From positions 672,001-736,000 of the forward strand of contig OZ223236.1 in assembly GCA_965140445.1 (NCBI GenBank): a DNA stretch of 64,000 bases, read 5' to 3'. This stretch comes from Candidatus Ozemobacteraceae bacterium (GTDB lineage: Bacteria; Muiribacteriota; Ozemobacteria; Ozemobacterales; Ozemobacteraceae). Below, piece after piece: positions 28,660-38,760 of this stretch. Every line of letters begins with the position of its first letter. Position 1 is the stretch's first letter. Both the position numbers and the translations under genes were made by a program. The notes beneath the pieces were generated by a model that saw nothing but the letters and a program-made list of their open reading frames with translations, ran no database searches and was not told the origin of the DNA.

Positions 28660-30120
28660 ATGAGTGATAATTTTTTTGGAAAACTCTTCGGGGGCAACTC
28701 CGACGAAAACAGTGATTCTGGTGAAAACAAGCCCAGGCAGCCAGGGACCACATCGGCTCCTGCTTCGCCGAGGTCTCCTGCTTCACCAGCTTCCCCAACT
28801 CCAACGGCTCCTCCGGCTGCAAGGCCTGCGCCACCTTCGGCGGCTCCAGCAAGACCTACCGGGGTTCCAATGTCCCCGCGCCCTGCTTCTGCCCCACCCG
28901 CACAACCGACAGGAGTGCCATCCAGACCTCAGGCTCCCGCAGCCAGACCTGGACCACCTTCAAGCCAACCTGCTCGTCCGGCTAGACCTATGCAGGCTTC
29001 GCCAAGAGCGACCAGCGCCCCTGGAACTGCATCCAGCAATATAAATTCTGACGATGAATTTAGTATTGATGATTTGCTCAAGCTTATCTACGAAAAGGGC
29101 GGTTCGGATCTCCATCTTACTGTTGGTTCACCACCTATGCTTCGTTTACAGGGCAAATTGTGGCCAACTGATTTGCCTGCGCTTTCTCCAAAAGAGTCTC
29201 GCAGGTTGATATACCAGTTCCTGGACAATGACCAGCGTGAAAGACTGGAAAAAGATCTTGAGCTTGATATTTCCTATGAAATTTCAGGGGTATCCAGATA
29301 CAGATGTAATCTGTTCTTCACCCGTTTGGGAATGGGCGGAGTTTTCAGGGTAATTCCAACCAATATTAAAAGTCTCCAGGAACTTAAAATGCCTCCGATT
29401 TTAAGTGATCTGGCACGTAGAAACAAAGGACTTGTGCTTGTAACCGGTCCAACTGGTTCTGGTAAATCAACAACTCTGGCAGCAATGATTTCTCTCATTA
29501 ATGCCGAGCGACAAGACCACATTCTGACTATCGAAGATCCGATAGAATTTGTTCACAATCATCAATCCTGTATCGTAAATCAGCGTGAAATAGGACCTAA
29601 CACCAAGTCCTTCTCAAATGCTTTGAGATCTGCTCTTCGTGAAGATCCAGACATTATTCTCGTTGGTGAGTTGCGTGATTATGAAACAATTTCATTGGCA
29701 GTAACGGCTGCGGAAACAGGCCATTTGGTTTTTGCTACTTTGCATACTCCATCTGCTGCCCAATCTGTAGATCGTATTGTCGACGTTTTCCCTGCTCATC
29801 AGCAGGATCAGATCAGAACTCAGCTTGCAGACGCGTTACAGGGAATCATTGCACAGCAGCTTATTCCTACTATTGATGGAATGAGTCGCGCCGTAGGCCT
29901 TGAGATTCTCATTAATATTCCAGCCGTAGCAAACCTTATCCGTGAAAATAAGACTTTTCAGCTTCCTTCAATTATGCAGACCAGCAAACAAAAGGGAATG
30001 CAGACGATGGATCAGTCTCTGATGGATTTGGTTAAATCACGCAAGATATCACCTCAAGAAGCCTATAGAAGAGCCTTTGATAAAAAAGCTTTTGAACAAT
30101 ATAAACCCATGGGTGTCTAG
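28660..30120 (+). CDS. pilT: Type IV pilus retraction ATPase PilT with Pro/Ala-rich N-terminal extension
   Basis: SDLHL, GPTGSGKSTTLAAMI, TIEDPIE, ALREDPDIILVGELRD, AETGHLVFATLHT, NLIRE, GMQTMDQ. Confidence 0.93.
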   Translation: MSDNFFGKLFGGNSDENSDSGENKPRQPGTTSAPASPRSPASPASPTPTAPPAARPAPPSAAPARPTGVPMSPRPASAPPAQPTGVPSRPQAPAARPGPPSSQPARPARPMQASPRATSAPGTASSNINSDDEFSIDDLLKLIYEKGGSDLHLTVGSPPMLRLQGKLWPTDLPALSPKESRRLIYQFLDNDQRERLEKDLELDISYEISGVSRYRCNLFFTRLGMGGVFRVIPTNIKSLQELKMPPILSDLARRNKGLVLVTGPTGSGKSTTLAAMISLINAERQDHILTIEDPIEFVHNHQSCIVNQREIGPNTKSFSNALRSALREDPDIILVGELRDYETISLAVTAAETGHLVFATLHTPSAAQSVDRIVDVFPAHQQDQIRTQLADALQGIIAQQLIPTIDGMSRAVGLEILINIPAVANLIRENKTFQLPSIMQTSKQKGMQTMDQSLMDLVKSRKISPQEAYRRAFDKKAFEQYKPMGV

Positions 30121-30147
30121 CTGATAAAACAATTAACAGTTAATAAA

Positions 30148-30180
30148 AAACGAGGCAATCAAAATAAGATTGCCTCGTTT
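30148..30180. terminator. Bidirectional terminator
   Basis: AAACGAGGCAATC/GATTGCCTCGTTT between convergent genes. Confidence 0.8.
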
Positions 30181-30203
30181 CTATTTGTCTTTACCTTTAT
30201 CGG

Positions 30204-30854
30204 CTAGTCTAATCCCTTGTCTGGAGTTGAGCCTACTCTGGCAAAGGTTTTATAAATAGCTTTTGCCCGGTCAATAAAATCTATTGGCCTTATTATGCTG
30301 ATATTTCGTTTTTCGCCATCTATACCTATTTCAATTAGCCCAATGGTTTCAAGGAAATCAACAGTTTTTGCAACCTCTCTGCGTGAGCTCTTATAACTTT
30401 CGGCGATACAGTCAACAACTTGCTCATAGCGTATGTAGTTAAACCGGTCATGTTGTGCGAGCAGGTAAATGGTATTGGTTATAACAACATAAAGCTCCGG
30501 ACTGGTTGTAACTCTTTCGTTTGCTTGTTTCAGGCGGGAAACCATGGCTTTTAAAACAGCAGAAATCAGTTTGGGAGACATATTAAAGAAATCCTCAAAA
30601 TTCTTTCTGGAAATTTGAGCAACCTTGCATGGAACAAGTGCTGTAGCCGTAGCGGTTCGCTTTTGCTCTTTAAGCAAAAGTGCCATTTCACCAAAAACCG
30701 CAACTGGCTTGAGAACATTCAATACGGTTTTGTTTTTGCCTTCAAAAATTGCAATTTCGATGGACCCTTCAGTAAGGATATAGGCGGTATTACCTATTTC
30801 GTTCTGGCGAAAAATTAAAGCGCCGCGAGGATATTCCTTAACCTTGGATTCCAT
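30204..30854 (-). CDS. Cyclic-nucleotide-binding (Crp/Fnr-like) protein
   Basis: IFRQNE.G..AY..G.IEI, FGEMALL..RTATA; C-terminal winged-helix-like segment. Confidence 0.85.
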   Translation of the reverse strand: MESKVKEYPRGALIFRQNEIGNTAYILTEGSIEIAIFEGKNKTVLNVLKPVAVFGEMALLLKEQKRTATATALVPCKVAQISRKNFEDFFNMSPKLISAVLKAMVSRLKQANERVTTSPELYVVITNTIYLLAQHDRFNYIRYEQVVDCIAESYKSSRREVAKTVDFLETIGLIEIGIDGEKRNISIIRPIDFIDRAKAIYKTFARVGSTPDKGLD

Positions 30855-30949
30855 AACCGCTCCTACAAATTGTTATCTGGTATAATTTTAAGTCGGATCA
30901 ACAAAACAGGCAACTATATATCTTTGTTTAATACCCGCAGACTGCAGAA

Positions 30950-31918
30950 ATGAAAAAAATGACCATGCTGAAAAGTTTAAATAGCAATATTGACAGGCGT
31001 TTACCGTATTTTTCAATTGGAATTTTACTGTTTTCAAATTTTGGGTATTTGCATGCTGGCCATTTTGCATTTGAGCTCTTTTCTCACTTTGCATTTCAAT
31101 ACCTGTTTCTGGGTATCATTATTCTATTATTTGCAATTTTCAGGCGTTTTTGGGCAAGCGCAGCCATAATAACTGTGGCGATACTTATAAATCTAGGTGA
31201 GCTTGCCCCATACATCCATTCTAACGCCAACGAAACTCAAGTAACCAACTCCCAGCCCCTAAAGGTGTTTTTGGCTAACGTGTTGAGCTCAAATCAACAT
31301 TTTGATCAACTGATAAGTCATATAAATTATGAAAAACCTGAAATCATTATTCTTCAGGAAATAAATGACCGTTGGGCAGCTAATCTTGAAAAATTGAATG
31401 TCGAATATCCTTTTCAAAGAATTCTTCCAAGAAATGATAATTTTGGAATGGCGATTTATTCAAAATATGAACTGGCAAATCAGAAGATTCTTGATTTCTC
31501 TGAATTGGCTATTCCAAGTATTTCCGCTGAGATTAAACTGCCTTCTGGAAGGTCGTTTCGGTTGATTTCTACCCATCCGATACCACCAATTTCTGCCAGA
31601 GCTGCTGCTTTGAGGAACAATCATCTGCTTTCTCTTGCAGCAGAAGTATTGAAAATCAAAAAAGATGCTATTGTTGCTGGAGATTTGAATGCAACAATGT
31701 ATTCCTATCCCTATAAGCAAATGATTCGTGAATCCGGTTTGATAAACGTCAGAACTGCAAAAGGTTTGTTCCCCACATGGCCGGCAAAGCTTGGAGGCTT
31801 TGGCATACCCATAGATCATATTCTCTATAAGGGCTCAATCAGTTGTAAAAAGTTAGGAACTCTAAGCAATTTTGGGTCTGATCATCTTCCGTTAGTTGCA
31901 GAGCTGCAATTCAATTGA
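30950..31918 (+). CDS. Endonuclease/exonuclease/phosphatase family membrane protein
   Basis: N-terminal TMs, ANV, LQE, THPIPP, AGDLNAT, PTWP, IDHIL, GSDHLP. Confidence 0.88.
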   Translation: MKKMTMLKSLNSNIDRRLPYFSIGILLFSNFGYLHAGHFAFELFSHFAFQYLFLGIIILLFAIFRRFWASAAIITVAILINLGELAPYIHSNANETQVTNSQPLKVFLANVLSSNQHFDQLISHINYEKPEIIILQEINDRWAANLEKLNVEYPFQRILPRNDNFGMAIYSKYELANQKILDFSELAIPSISAEIKLPSGRSFRLISTHPIPPISARAAALRNNHLLSLAAEVLKIKKDAIVAGDLNATMYSYPYKQMIRESGLINVRTAKGLFPTWPAKLGGFGIPIDHILYKGSISCKKLGTLSNFGSDHLPLVAELQFN

Positions 31919-32041
31919 TTTTGACACCTCTTTTTACCCAGGCAGGTCAAACTTTCTATTAGTTTGAGAAAAATTTCTCTTGCTTTAATTTGTGTTACTT
32001 TGTAATATAAAAGAAAGCAGATTTTTCCAAGGAGGTTTTGT

Positions 32042-32335
32042 ATGCCTGGATTTGATGGAACAGGGCCAAATGGCTCAGGACCTTTAGGTTGTGGACTTGG
32101 ACGTGGACGAGGAGCTGGCGCTGGAAGAGGTTTTGGTCGGCGAGTAGGCAATTTTAACTTGCCTTTAAGAAGAAATTCTCAGCAGGAACAAAATCCAGAT
32201 CTTTCAGAAGCCATAGAAAACGAGGCTCAAAGTTCAGAATTGAGTTTAAAAGAAGATAACAAAAAGCTGGAACAACGAATTGCTCTCCTTGAGACAGAGC
32301 TTGTTTCACTAAAGAAACAGCTCGGGGAAGAGTAG
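32042..32335 (+). CDS. DUF5320 family protein
   Basis: MPGFDGTGP.G.GP..G.GRG.G followed by a coiled coil; GGAGG SD. Confidence 0.8.
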   Translation: MPGFDGTGPNGSGPLGCGLGRGRGAGAGRGFGRRVGNFNLPLRRNSQQEQNPDLSEAIENEAQSSELSLKEDNKKLEQRIALLETELVSLKKQLGEE

Positions 32336-32341
32336 AGTCAT

Positions 32342-32397
32342 AGCTGCTGGCAAAACCGATTTTTTAATTAAAAGTTTGTTTTGCAAGCAGCTTTTTT
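32342..32397 (+). terminator. Possible terminator
   Basis: AGCTGCTGGCAAAAC / GTTTTGCAAGCAGCT followed by T run (long loop). Confidence 0.4.
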
Positions 32398-32412
32398 ACT
32401 GAAAGCTTAATT

Positions 32413-32820
32413 ATGGAAAATACAGCATTGGTTAAATCACATGATTTTTGTTTGATGTGCGGGGAGAAGAACCCCATTTCAATGAAACTTCGCTTCAAAA
32501 AGGATGAATCTGGAAAAGTTTATGCCGATTTTAAAGGGCATTTTGGGCTTCAGGGATATACCTCAATTATGCATGGCGGAGTTATTTGCTCATTGCTGGA
32601 TGCGGCGATGACAAATTGTCTTTTCGCACACGGAATTGAAGCGGTAACCGGAGAGCTGAAGGTTCGGTTTTTGTCATCAATTCCTTTTGATGCAACATTA
32701 AAACTTGTTGCTGAAATTTCAAAAAATATGAATCCTCTGTTTGTTTTAAATTCAGCCATTTTCTCAAACGATCAAAAGATGGCTGAAGCCGAAGCAAAAT
32801 TTATGAGAAAATCGCAATGA
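32413..32820 (+). CDS. PaaI family thioesterase
   Basis: CLMCG.KNP.S, QGY..IMHGGVI..LLDAAM, VTGELKVRF. Confidence 0.88.
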   Translation: MENTALVKSHDFCLMCGEKNPISMKLRFKKDESGKVYADFKGHFGLQGYTSIMHGGVICSLLDAAMTNCLFAHGIEAVTGELKVRFLSSIPFDATLKLVAEISKNMNPLFVLNSAIFSNDQKMAEAEAKFMRKSQ

Positions 32821-33064
32821 TCATTAACCTATAGGCATTTGGGGCTGATAAAAGATAATTTTAAACACCAATGTTTAGAACTTTTATAGATTGAAATCTT
32901 GTATCTCTATAAAAAAAGTAAAATTTGTCCATATATAAATTTTGTAACGCAGCAAAACGAATGGGCTTGTTTATCGAAACATAAAGCTTATTGAAATTGT
33001 ACCTACATTTAAATTTTTTTTTGCCGTACAGTATATAGTAATGAGAAATATGGGGGGAAATTTT

Positions 33065-33721
33065 ATGCGATCTAAAATCTGTTTAATGTTTTTTGCTTTT
33101 GTTTTGTTGTTTGCCAGTTCAGCATCAGCAGTAGAGTTTTATGAAAAAGAATTTTTTCATCAGCTACCGGTTGGAACTCCAGCGCAGAGTTGGGAACACA
33201 AAATTGATCTAACCGATGAAATGATGTACAAGGATCAGAATTTTGTCGCCAGAGAATTGGATTTGCGTGAAGGAAAGCTTGTTGTAGAACATGAAGAGCT
33301 TACTTCCATGTATTACTACATTAAAGTAAGACTGCCAAAACACGTAGATATGCCAATGGCTGGAAAGATAAAAATCAAGTTAACCGTTGCAGACAATCCA
33401 TCTTGTCCTTTTCCACCGGCAGCTCCAACTGGCCTTGCTCTCTCAGAAGTAGGAGCAACATTAAAACCAATTTTTACCTGGAAAACTGAGGAAAAATACG
33501 CTGCCATTACTCTATACGATGTGACCGAACAGAAAACCGTATGGGAAAGAATTTCTACAACTCAGGGCTATAAAGCTTTTGATGATGGATTTTTGAAAAA
33601 AGATCATCACTACAAATGGGCTGTTAAAGTAAGTAATAAATTTGCAGCATACTCAAAAGAAGCTATGGCCGGTTTCAGAATTGAAGAAGTAGATGGAATT
33701 GTTGTTGCCATTCCTGAATAG
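33065..33721 (+). CDS. Exported hypothetical protein, possible C-terminal FN3-like domain
   Basis: Signal peptide ending ASA; PAAPTGL..FTW..YKWAV. Confidence 0.65.
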   Translation: MRSKICLMFFAFVLLFASSASAVEFYEKEFFHQLPVGTPAQSWEHKIDLTDEMMYKDQNFVARELDLREGKLVVEHEELTSMYYYIKVRLPKHVDMPMAGKIKIKLTVADNPSCPFPPAAPTGLALSEVGATLKPIFTWKTEEKYAAITLYDVTEQKTVWERISTTQGYKAFDDGFLKKDHHYKWAVKVSNKFAAYSKEAMAGFRIEEVDGIVVAIPE

Positions 33722-33731
33722 AAGTAATTAA

Positions 33732-33769
33732 AAAAAGCCCTGGATTCTTTTTAAGATCCAGGGCTTTTT
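33732..33769. terminator. Bidirectional terminator
   Basis: AAAAAGCCCTGGAT/ATCCAGGGCTTTTT. Confidence 0.8.
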
Positions 33770-33806
33770 CTTTTTTAGGTTTTTGATGAAAAGTAAGATT
33801 TACAAA

Positions 33807-34475
33807 TTAGTTTTGTGAACGGTTTTGCGGAGGTTTATTTAAAACGAAAACTAAAATGTAATAAAGAAAGGGGATTATCAAGATGATAGGGGAGAATAGA
33901 ATAAGGTCTACAACATCATCAGGAGTAAACAAGGGGCGATGTTTTTCAATCTGATCTTTGCATTTCTCATAAGAAGGCGAATCGAATGCGATGCCATGGT
34001 GTTTACAAAAAATAACTCCCCCGCTTGCCAGATCACCCAGTGAGGAATACTTACATTCCTTATAGACTTTTCTTCTTCTAATTTTTTGAACCGTTTTGAT
34101 TGGCGACTTTGGATTGAAAACAAAATTATCGTCTATCCATCTTACGTTGATTTCTTTCTCGCTTTTTAGGAGTTTTATAGCTTCTTCTATGCGGCGTAAC
34201 TTTCTGTGGCAATCTTGAAATCGATCTTCAGGGCGAATTCCTTGAATAAACTCCCATCTAACTCTGAATCCTTCCAAAATTCTTTCATAGGAAAACTGGT
34301 CATGTTCTCTGAAATACTGCGGATACAAAACGTCTTCGCTTAGATCTGCGGTTGATGTAGAAACTTTCAAATATGGCTGTATTTTGAACGCCTTTTGTTT
34401 TGGCTGTGAGTAAGCACAATTCAAAATGGCCGTAAAAAATACTAGTAGAATAAATATTGGAGAGCTTTTTTGCAT
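33807..34475 (-). CDS. Hypothetical protein: signal peptide, Cys-containing domain and C-terminal TM helix
   Basis: CHRKLRRIEEAI..ECKY..GVIFCKHHG; hydrophobic C-terminus. Confidence 0.6.
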   Translation of the reverse strand: MQKSSPIFILLVFFTAILNCAYSQPKQKAFKIQPYLKVSTSTADLSEDVLYPQYFREHDQFSYERILEGFRVRWEFIQGIRPEDRFQDCHRKLRRIEEAIKLLKSEKEINVRWIDDNFVFNPKSPIKTVQKIRRRKVYKECKYSSLGDLASGGVIFCKHHGIAFDSPSYEKCKDQIEKHRPLFTPDDVVDLILFSPIILIIPFLYYILVFVLNKPPQNRSQN

Positions 34476-34560
34476 TGATATTGTTAAATAGAAAATTGAG
34501 TTTAAATGATGATAACATAGGTTTTGATTCCAGGGCTTACTTCAATAAAGGTGCCTTAAA

Positions 34561-36081
34561 TCAAACCAGTCTGCTGGCATCTATAATAATAGCAATAGAG
34601 CCATCGCCCATTATTGTTGCTCCAGAGAATTCTGGGACATTTTTATAAGTTTTTCCAAGTGATTTAATTACTGTTTTGTGCTCACCAATTACGGTGTCAA
34701 CAACAAAGCCAATTTGCTGTCCTTTAACTCTTGAAATAACGATTTGCTCAATTTTTGGAGCTTCTCCTTCTATTTTGAAAGATTCCCTTAAGCGTATGTA
34801 AGGAACAAGATGTCCACGAACATTTGCCAGGTTTCCTCCTGTTGTTGAGTTGTTAGATTCCTCGCTTTTGAGCTCTATGCATTCTTCAACTACAGATAAA
34901 GGTAGAACAAAAGTTCTATCGTTTATAGCAACTAAAAGCCCGTCTATAATTGCTAATGTTAATGGGAGAGTGATATCTATTTGAGTTCCTTGCCCTTCTG
35001 TGGAGAAGACCTCAACTGTTCCACGAAGATCATCGATCGTTCGTCGGACAACATCCATCCCAACGCCTCTTCCAGAAACGTTTGTAACAACTTCTGCGGT
35101 CGAGAAGCCAGGGGCAAAAATTAGGCCAAAAACCTCTTTATCTGAAAGTTGAGCTTCCGGTTCTACAAGACCTTTTTCTATTGCTCGGTTGAGTATAGCT
35201 TCTCGTTTAAGTCCTTTTCCATCGTCGCGCACGTGAATAACAACATTACCAGAGACATGTTCGGCTGAAAGGTGGATTGTGCCTTTAGCTGGTTTCCCCA
35301 CGGCTTTTCTGGCTTCTGGAGTTTCTATTCCGTGGTCAGCACAATTTCTAATCATATGCATAAGTGGTTCATCTAGCTTGTCAATTACAGTTTTATCAAT
35401 TTCTGTTTCTGTGCCACTCATGGTTAAATCAATTTCTTTGTTTAAATCCGAAGATAAATCATGCACCAGTCTTTTAAACTTATTAAAAGTAGACTCAATT
35501 GGGAGCATTCTTATGCTCAAGGCATTGTCTCTGAGGCTATTGGTAAGCATACTGATTTCTTCAGAAATTCCCTCAAGGTCAAACTCTTGTAAGACTTTAC
35601 CTATTTCTGTTTCTTCAGTTTTTCTAATTACACCAGAAGCTTGTGATAAGCGCTCCTGAACTGTAACTAACTCGCCAATAAGATTGAATAAACTATCTAG
35701 CTTTGCAGAACTTACCCTGATGTTTGATACTTTCTCAGCTCGAATTTTTCTGTCTATTTTTTCTTTTTGTTTCTTTTGCTCATCAAGGGCAGCATTAACC
35801 TTATCCTTTGTGGTTAAACCAGATTGAACAAGGCGTTCGCCAATTTTCTTTTGATCTTTGAGGACTTTGTTTAAGTCGTCTTTGCTTAAATCGCCTTTTT
35901 TTACGAGGATCTCGCCCAGTTTTTCTGGCTCTTCGGGCTCTAATTCAGAGGCGGATTTTGGTTTATTCAAATCTGAAATTTTGATTTTGGCTTCATCGCC
36001 AACTATAAGTGCTATAAGTTCTTTAATCTCTTGTTCTGGAAGATCTGAATTGAAAGTTATTTTCAGGCTGCTATTGCTCAT
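34561..36081 (-). CDS. cheA: CheA kinase module lacking Hpt (half P2, MshEN-like, dimerisation, HATPase, CheW)
   Basis: KLDSLFNLIGELV, HMIRNCADHGIE, DDGKGL, IFAPGFSTA..SGRGVGMDVV, LPLTLAIIDG, GATIMGDG; no H.KG Hpt motif. Confidence 0.9.
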   Translation of the reverse strand: MSNSSLKITFNSDLPEQEIKELIALIVGDEAKIKISDLNKPKSASELEPEEPEKLGEILVKKGDLSKDDLNKVLKDQKKIGERLVQSGLTTKDKVNAALDEQKKQKEKIDRKIRAEKVSNIRVSSAKLDSLFNLIGELVTVQERLSQASGVIRKTEETEIGKVLQEFDLEGISEEISMLTNSLRDNALSIRMLPIESTFNKFKRLVHDLSSDLNKEIDLTMSGTETEIDKTVIDKLDEPLMHMIRNCADHGIETPEARKAVGKPAKGTIHLSAEHVSGNVVIHVRDDGKGLKREAILNRAIEKGLVEPEAQLSDKEVFGLIFAPGFSTAEVVTNVSGRGVGMDVVRRTIDDLRGTVEVFSTEGQGTQIDITLPLTLAIIDGLLVAINDRTFVLPLSVVEECIELKSEESNNSTTGGNLANVRGHLVPYIRLRESFKIEGEAPKIEQIVISRVKGQQIGFVVDTVIGEHKTVIKSLGKTYKNVPEFSGATIMGDGSIAIIIDASRLV

Positions 36082-37085
36082 TTAGTGGTTTCTCCTTTGT
36101 CGAAGAAACTCTTCAAAATTTCTTGAGTTTCGGTGTCTTGACCATTTTCTTGAGAGTCTACTACTTTTCCAAGACGGTCTAAAAGATTTAATAATCTTAA
36201 TTTTGCATGGGATGTAATTGCTTCTCCACCATCAGTTGAAATTTCAATTTCATAGCGATTTTTTGGAGGAAGAGAGACTTCAGAAACCTTAACTTTATCT
36301 AAAACAGAATTCATTCTAGCTCTTAATTCTAATGGTCGTTGCAGAGCAAGCATTAGTTCCGCAGGGTCGATGTCCATATTTTCATCCATGGGTTTATCTT
36401 CCAGCATATTTTTTGCCTCAGAAAAAACTTCCTTCGCCAGTGGAGCTATTTCATCTGGAAGGGACTCTTTGTTGGTTCTTGCTTGTCGAAAGGTTGTCTC
36501 AAATTCGGATAAAAATTCTGCAACACTTTCTTTGTTAATTTTTAAAGACATAAAGTATAAAAGCGAAACAGAATGACTAATTTTGTCCAGTAAATCTGGT
36601 TGCTTTGGGTTTTTTTTGAGCTTTTCTAATAGGCTGGTCAGTTCGCTGGTTAATTCAATAGCTCTTTGATTATTGTTTTCTTTACTTTGCTCATCTTCTA
36701 TTGTTGCAGCTATTCTACCTTTTTGGAACTTTTCGATTAAATCATTGGTTTCTGCTGGGTCAACTGGATTTTCTCCACAATAAGCGTCGATTAGCTTAAG
36801 AATGTGGTCATGGGCCTTAAGAGACAGCTGAATCATTTCTTCATTCATTATTGCCTGCCCTTGCCTGAAGAAATCACATTCACTCTCAATCTTGTGGGCA
36901 AAACTTGCTACATCATCAAGTTCCATCATAGCTGCTGAGCCTTTAATGGTATGCATAACTCTAAACACTCGGTTTATCTCGTTTATGTCGTCTGGATTAT
37001 TACCGAGGCAAAGTAAGGCCTGCTCCAATTCGGATAGAGACTCTAAGGCTCCTTCTCGAAAAACTTCAGCAGTATTTGTATCCAT
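36078..37085 (-). CDS. Hpt-domain protein (CheA P1 + degenerate second Hpt + half P2)
   Basis: FRVMHTIKGSA phospho-acceptor; second helical bundle lacks H.KG; ATGA overlap with the downstream cheA. Confidence 0.85.
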   Translation of the reverse strand: MDTNTAEVFREGALESLSELEQALLCLGNNPDDINEINRVFRVMHTIKGSAAMMELDDVASFAHKIESECDFFRQGQAIMNEEMIQLSLKAHDHILKLIDAYCGENPVDPAETNDLIEKFQKGRIAATIEDEQSKENNNQRAIELTSELTSLLEKLKKNPKQPDLLDKISHSVSLLYFMSLKINKESVAEFLSEFETTFRQARTNKESLPDEIAPLAKEVFSEAKNMLEDKPMDENMDIDPAELMLALQRPLELRARMNSVLDKVKVSEVSLPPKNRYEIEISTDGGEAITSHAKLRLLNLLDRLGKVVDSQENGQDTETQEILKSFFDKGETTK

Positions 37086-37111
37086 TTTCGGCTCCTTCTA
37101 AATTAACCCAA

Positions 37112-37693
37112 TTAATCAAATAAAGTTATTTCGCTATCTGGCATATTCTCAACAACCTTTTGCCGTCGGATTGCATCTTCCTGCGAAATAGTTAGTTTTT
37201 TCTCACTTGGTTTTGTTTTCTTTACAAAAACATCAAAAGTATCAGTATGGAAATATAAAACCCTTGTAAAAGGACCGCCAAAGTCATGTGCCAGCAGAGG
37301 AATGTTTTCCATTTTCAAATAATCCATCATAAATTCTACATTTCTTTTGCCCGGTGTGTCTTCTTTACTAACGGTTGTTAAAACATTTCCTCCACCAAAT
37401 GCCTTTGCCTGAAGACGGTGTCGTTTTGCTCCAAGCTTGCACATTTCATTAATAAGGATTTCCATTGCATGAATACCATACCTGGCATTAGCATCAAATT
37501 TTTGCATATCTGCATGACTGGAAAGTAAAATGTGGTTCATTCCACCTACTTTAGCTTCCGCATCAAATAGGCAAGCGGAAACGCATGATCCTAGAAGGGT
37601 CTTTAAAATTTCCCCGGTTTTTGAGGCGTATATTTGCCCAATGTTTATATGTACGGAATTATTTTCAGAAGTGCTTTTTACTGTTGCTAACAT
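37112..37693 (-). CDS. cheD: Chemoreceptor glutamine deamidase CheD
   Basis: [34 protein letters not shown]. Confidence 0.9.
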   Translation of the reverse strand: MLATVKSTSENNSVHINIGQIYASKTGEILKTLLGSCVSACLFDAEAKVGGMNHILLSSHADMQKFDANARYGIHAMEILINEMCKLGAKRHRLQAKAFGGGNVLTTVSKEDTPGKRNVEFMMDYLKMENIPLLAHDFGGPFTRVLYFHTDTFDVFVKKTKPSEKKLTISQEDAIRRQKVVENMPDSEITLFD

Positions 37694-38751
37694 AAATGTA
37701 AAACCTCTCTGGCTATGCGATCCAGGGGAACTACTTTGTCAGCTCCACCACGTTTGATAGCCTCATTTGGCATTCCAAATACTACCGACGTTGCTTCATC
37801 TTGGGCAATAGTAGAAGCTCCAGCCTGTTTCATCTCTAATAAGCCTCTTGCTCCATCATCACCCATTCCGGTCATAATTACTCCAACGGCATTTCTCCCA
37901 GCATATCTAGCTGCTGATCTGAATAGGACATCGACAGATGGTCTATGGCGCGATACCAGCGGTCCATCACGTATTTCAACGAAGTATCTCGCACCACTTG
38001 ATTTAACAAGAAGGTGGTGATTTCCAGGAGCAATTAAGGCTTGTCCTCGTAGGAGAGTGTCGCCATTTTCTGCTTCCTTAACATTAATCTGACAAATTTC
38101 ATTGAGCCTTGCTGCAAATGAGGCGGTAAATTTTTCTGGCATATGTTGAACAATTACTATTGCAGGACTGTCTATTGGAAACCCCTCAAGAAAAACTCTT
38201 AAAGCTTCTGTTCCACCGGTAGAAGCACCAACAGCTACAATCTTTTCTGTGGTTTTAAATGAGGCAACCTTCGTTTTTGCAAGAATTACATCAGCCGAAT
38301 TTTTGGCTCTGATTTTTCTTTCGCTTGGTTTTACTACTTTGGCTCGTGCTGCTGCTTTTACGATATCACAAATTCTTACTTTTGACTCTTCAAAGAATTG
38401 TCTTGTGCCAATTTGTGGCTTAGTGATCACCTCAATAGCTCCTAACTCAAGAGCTCTTAAAGAAGTTTCGCATCCATTTTCAACTAAAGTTGAACAAATA
38501 ATCACAGGAATTGGATGCTGATTCATAATTTTTTGAAGGAATGTAAGCCCGTTCATCTTCGGCATTTCAATATCAAGAATAATTACATCGGGCTTTTCCT
38601 CAGACATTTTTTCTGCAGCAATAAACGGATTTGAAGCTGTTCCCATAACAGAAATTTCCGGATCGTCGCTTAAAAGATCCGTGAGAACTTGTCTGACTAC
38701 TGCCGAATCATCGACTATCAGAACGCGTATGGGTGCTTCATTGTTGAACAT
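37687..38751 (-). CDS. cheB: Chemotaxis response regulator methylesterase CheB
   Basis: REC + [27 protein letters not shown]. Confidence 0.96.
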   Translation of the reverse strand: MFNNEAPIRVLIVDDSAVVRQVLTDLLSDDPEISVMGTASNPFIAAEKMSEEKPDVIILDIEMPKMNGLTFLQKIMNQHPIPVIICSTLVENGCETSLRALELGAIEVITKPQIGTRQFFEESKVRICDIVKAAARAKVVKPSERKIRAKNSADVILAKTKVASFKTTEKIVAVGASTGGTEALRVFLEGFPIDSPAIVIVQHMPEKFTASFAARLNEICQINVKEAENGDTLLRGQALIAPGNHHLLVKSSGARYFVEIRDGPLVSRHRPSVDVLFRSAARYAGRNAVGVIMTGMGDDGARGLLEMKQAGASTIAQDEATSVVFGMPNEAIKRGGADKVVPLDRIAREVLHLC

Positions 38752-38760
38752 ATTTTAAAC

